From Gammaproteobacteria bacterium (GTDB lineage Bacteria; Pseudomonadota; Gammaproteobacteria; Eutrophobiales; Eutrophobiaceae): DNA of 64,000 bases. This document shows, piece after piece, positions 1-8,186 of this stretch. The notes under the pieces were generated by a model that saw only the letters and a list, made by a program, of their open reading frames with translations, did not search any database and was not told where the DNA came from. Both the position numbers and the translations under genes were made by a program. The first letter of the stretch is position 1; the number at the start of each line of letters is the position of its first letter. The stretch is from positions 12,923-76,922 of the forward strand of contig JAJFKM010000048.1 of assembly GCA_021773215.1 (NCBI GenBank), written 5' to 3'.

Positions 1-727
1 TAATGCTTTTTATATATTTTTCTGTCGTTATTTGTGCTTTATCGAAACAAGTTATTTTTCCATTTTCTAACAATAATACTTTTTCACACAATGAATTTAT
101 CAATTGAAGATCATGCGACACAAAAATAAGTGTACCTCCATTTTCAACATATTCTTTCATCCAATTTATACATTTTATTTGAAACTCTAAATCGCCAACT
201 GAAAGAGCTTCATCAATAATTAATATGTCAGGTTTTAGTGAAATACATGAAGCAAACGCTACTCTTACCAGCATTCCTGAAGAATAGGATCCTACTGACT
301 GATCAATGTAATCGCCTATTGATGCGAACTCAATCATGTCTTGTAAATTATTTCTTATTTCTTTCTCTTTTAATCCATTCATTATGCCTTTGAGTATTAT
401 ATTTTCCCTTCCTGATAGTTCTGGATTAAAGTCAATGCCCAACTCCAAAATGGATGCTATGCTCCCGTTCACTTCAATATTACCTAACGTAGGTCTTTTA
501 ATTGAACTTATAATTTGTAATAACGTTGATTTTCCTGATCCATTTTTGCCAAGAAGACCTATTACATCACCTTTCTCAATTTCAAAATTAATATCACTGA
601 GTGCCCAATAGTCATCGTGATATTTTTTTCCAAACAGACTTACTGCTTCTTTTAACCTGTCTTTTTTAGAATTGAACAACCTATACTTCTTACTAATGTT
701 AGTAGCTTTTATAATTATATTATTCAT
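1..727 (-). CDS. wzt: ABC transporter ATP-binding protein (Wzt/TagH-like), C-terminus beyond window start
   Basis: I translated the reverse strand from the ATG at 727 by hand: MNNIIIKATNISKKYRLFNSKKDRLKEAVSLFGKKYHDDYWALSDINFEIEKGDVIGLLGKNGSGKSTLLQII... It has a Walker A (GKNGSGKST), an ABC signature (YSSGM) and a Walker B (ILIIDEALSVGD). It is not in the ORF track because it runs off the window. Confidence 0.85.
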   Translation of the reverse strand, partial: MNNIIIKATNISKKYRLFNSKKDRLKEAVSLFGKKYHDDYWALSDINFEIEKGDVIGLLGKNGSGKSTLLQIISSIKRPTLGNIEVNGSIASILELGIDFNPELSGRENIILKGIMNGLKEKEIRNNLQDMIEFASIGDYIDQSVGSYSSGMLVRVAFASCISLKPDILIIDEALSVGDLEFQIKCINWMKEYVENGGTLIFVSHDLQLINSLCEKVLLLENGKITCFDKAQITTEKYIKSI

Positions 728-735
728 CAATTTAA

Positions 736-1548
736 TTATATTGCGTCTGCAAACTCTGACTTTAATTTATTGAATACTATCGCACCGATGATAAATACAA
801 AAACATATACCGTAATATTTAATAAAGCATAATCATTAAAATAATTTACTGCATCTTGATACAGAAATGCATTCCTGTACCCATCCACAATATAAGTCAT
901 AGGGTTGTAGTTAATAATCCAACTATATTGATCCGGTATAATATTTTTATTCCAGACTATAGGTGTTGCCCAAAACCATGTATTTAGTAAGACTGGAACA
1001 AATTGACTAACATCTTTAAACAGGACATTGAGAGAAGAAAAAAACCAACTCAAACCTATCAAAAACAAACACAATATTAAAACATAATACAATATACTTA
1101 TGATTGTGAAATCTATATTAATATTATTAAAATATAAAATAATTAATAATATACACATATAAATCAATTGAGTTATAGCTGCGGTTAAAAGATAAACAAA
1201 TACTAATACTTCACTGGGGTATTGTGTTTTCTTTATCAAATGTAGATTTCCTCTAACACCATTAATGCTTGTGTTTAGTACTTCACTAAACATTAACCAT
1301 GGGATTAGACCTGAAACAAAATATGCAATGTATGGGATATCACCTGGAGTAGTTACTTTTAATCCTTTTGAGAATATCAACCAGTAAATCAATACGGTTA
1401 TAGTCGGGTTAACTATTGCCCATGTAATACCAATATATGTACCCGCATACCTTAATTTAAACTCTGTTTTCGCCATATAAATAATGGCATATTTTTGGCT
1501 ATAGATATTTTTAAAAAAGTTAATTATATTTTTCATTGAAGTTAACAC
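736..1548 (-). CDS. wzm: ABC-2 type polysaccharide exporter permease (Wzm/KpsM/TagG-like)
   Basis: 270-aa polytopic membrane protein with an N-terminal KTEFKLRYAGTYIGITWAIVNP motif typical of Wzm/TagG permeases. It is adjacent to the wzt ATPase, with an 8-bp gap. Confidence 0.85.
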   Translation of the reverse strand: MLTSMKNIINFFKNIYSQKYAIIYMAKTEFKLRYAGTYIGITWAIVNPTITVLIYWLIFSKGLKVTTPGDIPYIAYFVSGLIPWLMFSEVLNTSINGVRGNLHLIKKTQYPSEVLVFVYLLTAAITQLIYMCILLIILYFNNINIDFTIISILYYVLILCLFLIGLSWFFSSLNVLFKDVSQFVPVLLNTWFWATPIVWNKNIIPDQYSWIINYNPMTYIVDGYRNAFLYQDAVNYFNDYALLNITVYVFVFIIGAIVFNKLKSEFADAI

Positions 1549-1623
1549 TCTAAATTATTAAATACATGACATATAAACTTAATGAGTGCCGAGTTCTATT
1601 TTTATCTCATACCTGACATCTAA

Positions 1624-2193
1624 TTAAAGATGTCCAGATTTAATACATGTGAGTAGAGTAGTTGCATCATAAATCAATCCATCATGTATAATTTTTTCTA
1701 TCTGTTCAAATGTAAACCATTCAAATTTCACATGCCCGAGTTCATCTTCATTTTGTAGACGTTGGTCGTTTGCAATATTTGCTATATATAGATTCACCTT
1801 CGCAGAAATAACACCAGGCTCAGGAGCAATTGTGCCTAAAGCTTTTATCATGTCTTTATCACATGTTAATCCCGTTTCTTCCATAAGCTCTCTAATTGCT
1901 GCATCTTTCGCTGTTTCATCTTTATCAATAAAACCCCTCGGAACTTCCCACCCATATTCTCCAATGGGGTGGCGATATATATGAATTAAGCCATATTTAT
2001 CTTTGTATTTTGGCAAAATTGCTACACCAGTAATGCCATCCCTATTTTTTTGTTTTGGTTCAACAACAAGATAATCTTGCACTAAGGATAATTCGCCATC
2101 TTTTAAATGATCAAAATTAATTTTGAATACACTGTTTTCACAAACAGTTTTCCTATTATTTAAAGTAAAGGGAGCTTCACCCATAGATTTCAA
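1624..2193 (-). CDS. Nudix hydrolase (GDP-sugar/NDP-sugar hydrolase-like)
   Basis: Nudix box GFIDKDETAKDAAIRELMEETGL (Gx5Ex7REUxEExGU pattern). It sits inside the sugar biosynthesis cluster. Confidence 0.75.
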   Translation of the reverse strand: MKSMGEAPFTLNNRKTVCENSVFKINFDHLKDGELSLVQDYLVVEPKQKNRDGITGVAILPKYKDKYGLIHIYRHPIGEYGWEVPRGFIDKDETAKDAAIRELMEETGLTCDKDMIKALGTIAPEPGVISAKVNLYIANIANDQRLQNEDELGHVKFEWFTFEQIEKIIHDGLIYDATTLLTCIKSGHL

Positions 2194-2201
2194 CTACCCT
2201 T

Positions 2202-3140
2202 TTACACATTACTGTATCCCGATTGTTTAATCATCTGATAGCCTTTAATAAGCTCCTGAATTCCATCGTCTAACGAAAACGTAGTTTTGAAACCAGTCTT
2301 TTCTATCTTTTCATTCGAAACAATATAATTTCTTTGATCAGGGTCCTTACCTAATTCTTCTTCAAGAAAAATAAATTCTGGTAAATATTTTTGTATTCTT
2401 TCACATAATTCTTTTTTTGATATATTCGTATCAGATAGTCCTACGTTATATATTTCACCCTTCATTGAATCAAAATTTTCAATCCCATGTATAAAAACAC
2501 GGGCCACATCCCTGACATGCAGATAATTTCGTTTAAAATGACTTTCAAATAAAACAACAAATCGGTCATTTACTGCTCGATAGACAAAGTCATTAACCAG
2601 TAAATCTAATCTCATTTTTATTGACATTCCAAACACTGTTGCCAACCTGAAACTAATTGCCTGTCCATGCTCGAGCAATGCCTTTTCTATTTCAACTTTC
2701 TCTATTGCATATTGCGATATTGGATTTAGTTCAGATTCTTCTGTGCAAAAATTATTTTCGTCACCACTACCGTATGCACTGTTTGTTGTGGGCATTAATA
2801 CTCTTTGCTGTTTTGAAAGTAATTTCAGCATTAATTTGATGCCATCCTTATTAACCGTACTGGCACCTACTGGATCTTTTGAACAGATTGGAGCACCTAC
2901 ATAAGCAGCAAGCGGGATAATAAGATCTGACTTTGCCATTAAAGGCTTAATAACTTCTTGCAATCTAATATCACCATTTATCACATTGAAATTCTTGTGA
3001 TTACATTGATGCGCCAGACTATTTTGCTTGTACATAAAATTATCCAACACAGTGATATGGTGGCCCTGTTTTAATAGTTCTGGCACCATGATAGAACCAA
3101 TATAACCTGCTCCTCCTGTGACTAGGATGTTATAACTCAT
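2202..3140 (-). CDS. NAD(P)-dependent sugar epimerase/dehydratase/reductase (extended SDR)
   Basis: N-terminal Rossmann motif ILVTGGAGYIGS and a 312-aa length typical of UDP-/GDP-sugar epimerases or 4-reductases. Confidence 0.8.
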   Translation of the reverse strand: MSYNILVTGGAGYIGSIMVPELLKQGHHITVLDNFMYKQNSLAHQCNHKNFNVINGDIRLQEVIKPLMAKSDLIIPLAAYVGAPICSKDPVGASTVNKDGIKLMLKLLSKQQRVLMPTTNSAYGSGDENNFCTEESELNPISQYAIEKVEIEKALLEHGQAISFRLATVFGMSIKMRLDLLVNDFVYRAVNDRFVVLFESHFKRNYLHVRDVARVFIHGIENFDSMKGEIYNVGLSDTNISKKELCERIQKYLPEFIFLEEELGKDPDQRNYIVSNEKIEKTGFKTTFSLDDGIQELIKGYQMIKQSGYSNV

Positions 3141-3142
3141 GC

Positions 3143-3889
3143 TTATTGTGCTCCTGTACTAATTAGTAAATCATCACTTAAAAACGTTTGTGCTTTATGA
3201 AAATCATCAGGAATACCAATGTCGATAAAGTCTCCATCATCCATAAATCCACAAACATCATGAGTAGAGATGATTGTTGGCAAAATGTCATTCTCAAGAG
3301 ATATACTTTTATTCATGGCATCAGGCCACTCACTAAATAATTCTGAATTTATAATGTATACACCACCATTGATTTCCCCTGGTTCCTCTTTTTCATTTGG
3401 CTGTTCTATTGTGATTAACCTACCAGTCTCATTAACACACATGCGGTGATATCTTCCTGCATTTTCTACCTGTCGTAACGACAAGGACAAGTTAGCCTTT
3501 GAACTAGAATGTAATTTATACATTCGTTCTGGGTCTATCAAAAATAATGTGTCTCCATTAATAAGGAAGAAATCTTTTTCCAGACAGTTTTCATTTAATA
3601 CCTTTAAGAGCGCACCACCTGTACCCAATGGTTTGTCCTCAATGGCATATGTAATTGGTATGCCTTTAAATGTTGAACCAAAATGGTCTATTATTTGTTG
3701 ATGTTTATAACCTACTGATATAATGAAATGACATGCATTATTTTTTATCCAATACGACAATAAATACTCTAGGAAAGGCCTGCTTCGAACAGAAGCCAAA
3801 GGTTTTGGAACGTCATTAACTACTTTCTGTAGTCGTGAGCCTATGCCACCGGCTAGTACGACTACTGTATATCCGGATTTAGTTTCCAT
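3143..3889 (-). CDS. Sugar-1-phosphate nucleotidyltransferase (HddC/GDP-heptose or NDP-hexose pyrophosphorylase-like)
   Basis: N-terminal VVLAGGIGSRLQ...PKPL motif of the NTP_transferase family; 248 aa. Confidence 0.8.
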   Translation of the reverse strand: METKSGYTVVVLAGGIGSRLQKVVNDVPKPLASVRSRPFLEYLLSYWIKNNACHFIISVGYKHQQIIDHFGSTFKGIPITYAIEDKPLGTGGALLKVLNENCLEKDFFLINGDTLFLIDPERMYKLHSSSKANLSLSLRQVENAGRYHRMCVNETGRLITIEQPNEKEEPGEINGGVYIINSELFSEWPDAMNKSISLENDILPTIISTHDVCGFMDDGDFIDIGIPDDFHKAQTFLSDDLLISTGAQ

Positions 3890-3891
3890 CG

Positions 3892-5058
3892 TTACTTAAC
3901 GACACGATCAACTACTGAATGAAAAAACCTTAATTCTTTCTCAATATCTCGTGGATGGTTTCCTACAAAAAATCCTCTGTCATGTGCAATATTGGCGTTA
4001 TCTAGATTGTCTACTATTTCATAATCGAAATACTTAATGACGTCATGCCTAGGGAAACAACCGCCTGTTATTATTCGAAACTGTATATTTTCTTTTCTCA
4101 AGTGTTCAAGGCAATCCCTTCTATCTGTCTTAACTTCAGAACTTAAAATAACAGTGAAAGAAAACCAACTACTCTTCCCATTTTCTTTTTGGATAATAAA
4201 CCTCTGGTCATTATCAAATAATTCAACAAATAGTTCGGCATTTTTACGCCGCGTTTCAATCAAACTATCCAGTTTTTCTAGTTGCTTTAATCCGATTGCG
4301 CCAGACATTTCTAGCGGCCGCGCGTTATAACCTGGAAGAATAAATCTGTAAGCTTCAAAAAAATCATCATCGGATTTATCGTATATCAATGACCCTTCCG
4401 GTACATCACGAGACCATCCATGTGCCCTAATTGATCTCATAAGATGATACAGTTCTTCATTATCTGTAATGATTAAACCACCTTCCATGGTAGAAATGTG
4501 ATGAGAAAAAAAAGTACTGAATGTGCCTATGTCACCAAAAGTACCGGTATATTGGTCATTAATGCTGGCTCCCATAGATTCACAATTATCTTCAAAGAGA
4601 ATTAAGTCGTGTTTGTTACAAAACTTTCTGAGTTTTTCTAGTTCTGCTGGATTCCCAAGAATACTTACCGCCATCACCATTCTTGTTTTTGGTGTTAATG
4701 CTTCCTCTAATTTTGATACATCAATATTCAATGTATTGAGATCGATATCTACAAACTTCAACTTCAGGCCATATTGCTGTAATGGAGTGAAACTTGTTGC
4801 CCACGATATAGCAGGGACAATAACCTCATCTCCACGTTGCAAAGGTTTGTTTGATTTATAAAAAAGTGCCGCAACACTAACAAGGTTCGCCATAGAACCA
4901 GAGCTGACCATTAGACAGTGCTGGCAATTGAATTTTCTAGCGAATGCAGCTTCAAACTCGCTTACCTTTTCACCCATAGTAAAGCGACCACTCTCTACGA
5001 CTTGTTTAATCGCATCAATTTCTTCAGTTCCCCATGAGTCGCTAGCTAATTCGTACAT
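3892..5058 (-). CDS. PLP-dependent sugar aminotransferase/dehydratase (DegT/DnrJ/EryC1/StrS family)
   Basis: 388 aa with N-terminal WGTEEIDAIKQVVESGRFTMGEKVSEFEAAFA, typical of DegT/ArnB/RfbH-type enzymes acting on NDP-4-keto sugars. Confidence 0.8.
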   Translation of the reverse strand: MYELASDSWGTEEIDAIKQVVESGRFTMGEKVSEFEAAFARKFNCQHCLMVSSGSMANLVSVAALFYKSNKPLQRGDEVIVPAISWATSFTPLQQYGLKLKFVDIDLNTLNIDVSKLEEALTPKTRMVMAVSILGNPAELEKLRKFCNKHDLILFEDNCESMGASINDQYTGTFGDIGTFSTFFSHHISTMEGGLIITDNEELYHLMRSIRAHGWSRDVPEGSLIYDKSDDDFFEAYRFILPGYNARPLEMSGAIGLKQLEKLDSLIETRRKNAELFVELFDNDQRFIIQKENGKSSWFSFTVILSSEVKTDRRDCLEHLRKENIQFRIITGGCFPRHDVIKYFDYEIVDNLDNANIAHDRGFFVGNHPRDIEKELRFFHSVVDRVVK

Positions 5059-5076
5059 TTTATTTCCAATAGATTG

Positions 5077-6126
5077 TTATTTATCGTTTGAAATTGTTAA
5101 TTTAATTGCGTCTGCAATTTTTTCACTCGTTGGGTAGTAATATTGCTCTAATGTAAAGCCCGCTGGTGTTGGCGAATCAGGCAGTCCTACTCTACGGACA
5201 GGTGCTTTTAGATATTCAAATGCCTTCTCCGCAACGAGGCATCCCACTTCAGCACATACACCGCCCATAGCCCACCCGGTATCTACGACTAATATTCGTC
5301 CTGTCTTTTTAACTGATTCAATAATAATCTTTTCATCGAGTGGCTTGATAGTTCTAAGATCTATTACATCCGCTGTAACACCCTCCTCAGCTAAACTATC
5401 AAGTGCTATTTGTGCTAATGCAATAGCATGTGATGAACCAACGATTGTCAAGTCTTCGCCTCTAGTACGGTAAATTCCTTCACCTATAGGTATTTTATAG
5501 ATCCCTTCAGGTACATATCCGTTCTGTTTCATTAACCACCGGTGTTCAAAAATTACTACAGGATTGTTATCCGCAATCGCAGACAACATTAAACCTTTTG
5601 CATCATAGGGTGTGCTTGGCATGATAATCTTTAAACCAGGGACGGATAAAAGTAAACCTTGAACCGCTTGTGAGTGTTGCGCACCTGAACCCCAGCCACG
5701 TCCGATCGCAGACCAAATAACCATAGGAACATTCGTATGTCCTTCGTCCATGTAATGCATTTTCGAAGCATGATTCACGAGTTGATTAAATGTTAATAGC
5801 AAAAAATCTGGTCTATTATGCAAATAGACTGGTCGCATACCATTCATCGCAGCACCGGCACACATTCCTGTCATTCCCTCCTCGGATAAAGGAGTATCGA
5901 ATACACGTTCTTCACTAAATTTTTTGTACAAGTCTGTCGTTACCCCAAACATACCAATCGGGTCATTGACGCCTTGACCTAGAATAAAGGCCTTCTTATC
6001 GAGCTCAAGTGCTAAATCAAGTGCTTCATGCAAAGCATCTGTGTATGACAAGTGCCTTTCATTACTATCTGCTAAATTTTCAGAATTATTAGTTTGTGTA
6101 TTTAAAAATGCTTCTGCCCAGGGCAT
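5077..6126 (-). CDS. TPP-dependent 2-oxoacid dehydrogenase E1 component, beta subunit-like (transketolase C-terminal fold)
   Basis: 349 aa; motifs EEGMTGMCAGAAMNGMRP and GLKIIMPSTPYDAKGLM typical of PDH/acetoin dehydrogenase E1 beta. Confidence 0.8.
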   Translation of the reverse strand: MPWAEAFLNTQTNNSENLADSNERHLSYTDALHEALDLALELDKKAFILGQGVNDPIGMFGVTTDLYKKFSEERVFDTPLSEEGMTGMCAGAAMNGMRPVYLHNRPDFLLLTFNQLVNHASKMHYMDEGHTNVPMVIWSAIGRGWGSGAQHSQAVQGLLLSVPGLKIIMPSTPYDAKGLMLSAIADNNPVVIFEHRWLMKQNGYVPEGIYKIPIGEGIYRTRGEDLTIVGSSHAIALAQIALDSLAEEGVTADVIDLRTIKPLDEKIIIESVKKTGRILVVDTGWAMGGVCAEVGCLVAEKAFEYLKAPVRRVGLPDSPTPAGFTLEQYYYPTSEKIADAIKLTISNDK

Positions 6127-6144
6127 GACTATTTTCCTTGGTAA

Positions 6145-7167
6145 TTAATCTGCGTATACGTGTTGCATCAGACTATCTTCTGATGGATTCGGACTACTGA
6201 CAGCGTGATGAAAAGCTTCATCAATCTCAAGCTGCGTCCTATTTTGGAAATCATTAATTGTATTTTCATCAATTAAATTATGATTTTTCATTTCATTTTG
6301 AAGAGTGTGAATCGGGCATATATTCTGCCAACTATCAACCTCATCAAGTCCTCGATATCCTGATTTACTGTCATCGCCCGCACCACCATGCCCACGCAAT
6401 CTATAAGCTACATTTTCAATAAATGTAGGCCCTCCTCCATTTCTAGCTTTTTCAGCGGCTTCCAATACAGTTTCATAGACGAGCAAAAGGTTAGTTGCAT
6501 CTATTTGTTTAGCTTCGATGCCAAAACCTGCCGCTTTGTCAAAGAGCTCAACTGATGCAGGTTGCCGCTTATCAAGAGGTGTACAAACTGAATAAAAATT
6601 ATTTTCACAGAGATATATAATCGGTAATTTTTTTAATATCGCAAAATTAAGTGACTCCCAAAAGGCACCCTCTTCCATTGCGGCATCACCAAAGAACACA
6701 CCTATGACACGGCCTTCATTCTTCATCTTAGAAGCCATCGCTGCACCATTAGCAATCGGCACTATCCCAGAAACTATTGCGGAGGTACTCATCATGCCTA
6801 CACTCTTATCTATCAAGTGCATTGAGCCTCCACGAGAACCACAACAACCATTTGCACGACAAAATAATTCTGACATCATCGCCTTCAGATCACCGCCTTT
6901 TGCCAGATAGTTCCCATGTGTACGATGGCTGCTATAAATATGATCTGTCACTTTAAGAGCAGCACACGCACCAACTGATGTTGCTTCTTGGCCAATCACC
7001 AAATGAATTGGTGATTTCATCTGGTCTTCATGATATTTGGATTCGATCGTTTCCTCTATCATTCTAATTCTTATCATTGAGAATAAGAGATTTAGCAGTA
7101 ATTCTTTAGAATACTTATTGATATCAGTATTCGAATATCCTTGCCCTTTGTATTTGTATTTAACCAT
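6145..7167 (-). CDS. TPP-dependent 2-oxoacid dehydrogenase E1 component, alpha subunit-like
   Basis: 340 aa; motifs SHRTHGNYLAKGGD and GDAAMEEGAFWESLNFA (TPP-binding GDG-like region) as in PDH/AcoA E1 alpha. It is paired with the E1 beta gene. Confidence 0.8.
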   Translation of the reverse strand: MVKYKYKGQGYSNTDINKYSKELLLNLLFSMIRIRMIEETIESKYHEDQMKSPIHLVIGQEATSVGACAALKVTDHIYSSHRTHGNYLAKGGDLKAMMSELFCRANGCCGSRGGSMHLIDKSVGMMSTSAIVSGIVPIANGAAMASKMKNEGRVIGVFFGDAAMEEGAFWESLNFAILKKLPIIYLCENNFYSVCTPLDKRQPASVELFDKAAGFGIEAKQIDATNLLLVYETVLEAAEKARNGGGPTFIENVAYRLRGHGGAGDDSKSGYRGLDEVDSWQNICPIHTLQNEMKNHNLIDENTINDFQNRTQLEIDEAFHHAVSSPNPSEDSLMQHVYAD

Positions 7168-8186
7168 TAGGACACCCCGGAAACTTTTCCGTTAACTTTA
7201 TCGGGTTTATAGTAAACAATTCGTGAACCTTCTCTTTCAAAACTAAAAGGTACATAAATCAATTTGTTGAGTTTTTCTTTAACTATTTTTTGTTTTTCTT
7301 TTGGAACATAAAATAAAATAAATCCACCGCCACCTGCACCAAGTAATTTCCCACCTATAGCACCAGCATTTTTTGCAACTTTGTAAATTTCATCGATATA
7401 CTCAGTGCTGACCCCGTCGGATAAAATTTTCTTAAGTTTCCATGTTTCATCAAGTAGAAGGCCAAAATCATCTAAAAAACCAGAACCTGAATTTAATATT
7501 TTTATTGCATCATCAACATGGCTATAAATTTCTCTTAATTCTTGCACTCGATTATTGATATTTTCAATTTTTTTCTTTTCAATTTCTGAAGCTGTTCTTG
7601 AAATGCCGGTGAAAAACAACATCAAGTTTTCTTGTAAATGATGAATGCGCTCACTTGAAACCACCATTGGTTTTACAGCATGCGTCCCATCAGCATTAAA
7701 AACTATATGGTTAAGTCCTCCGTGTGCTACCGCTAGTTGATCTTGTGACCCTACATTTTCTTTAATTATATTTTGTTCTACGTGTATTGCTTCATCACCC
7801 AACTCTTCAGATGACTTGTATTTACCTTTTAAAGCATAAATTGAATTAAGTAAACCCACTGTAAAAGACGAGCTTGACCCTAAGCCCGATCTAGCAGGCA
7901 AGTCACCATCATGATGAATTTCCAAGCCTTGATCACATTTTAATTCTTCTAATATTGCCTTTACAGAAGGATGTTTAATTTCAGAGTAATGCTGAACATT
8001 CTCAATTAATGAATAAACAATCCTATATTTGTGCTGGAAAAATGGGGGAAGATAACGACAACTAATATAACAATATTTATCTATGGCACTCGATAATACT
8101 TGCCCACCATTCTCCAAATACCAATCGGGCAAGTCGGTGCCGCCACCAAAAAATGACACTCTAAATGGTGTTTTGCTAATAATCAT
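7167..8186 (-). CDS. GHMP-family sugar kinase (HddA/heptose-7-P kinase or galacto/fucokinase-like)
   Basis: N-terminal PFRVSFFGGGTDLPDWY matches GHMP sugar kinases of the HddA type. The GHMP ATP motif is GLGSSSSFTVGLL. Its start overlaps the E1 alpha stop. Confidence 0.75.
   Translation of the reverse strand: MIISKTPFRVSFFGGGTDLPDWYLENGGQVLSSAIDKYCYISCRYLPPFFQHKYRIVYSLIENVQHYSEIKHPSVKAILEELKCDQGLEIHHDGDLPARSGLGSSSSFTVGLLNSIYALKGKYKSSEELGDEAIHVEQNIIKENVGSQDQLAVAHGGLNHIVFNADGTHAVKPMVVSSERIHHLQENLMLFFTGISRTASEIEKKKIENINNRVQELREIYSHVDDAIKILNSGSGFLDDFGLLLDETWKLKKILSDGVSTEYIDEIYKVAKNAGAIGGKLLGAGGGGFILFYVPKEKQKIVKEKLNKLIYVPFSFEREGSRIVYYKPDKVNGKVSGVS

Noticed and set aside
336-611. 91-aa plus-strand ORF in the ORF track
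   Set aside because: It lies antisense to, and entirely inside, the hand-translated wzt ABC ATPase gene (727 to <1, minus strand), which has clear Walker A/B and signature motifs. The plus-strand ORF is low-complexity with no recognizable domain.
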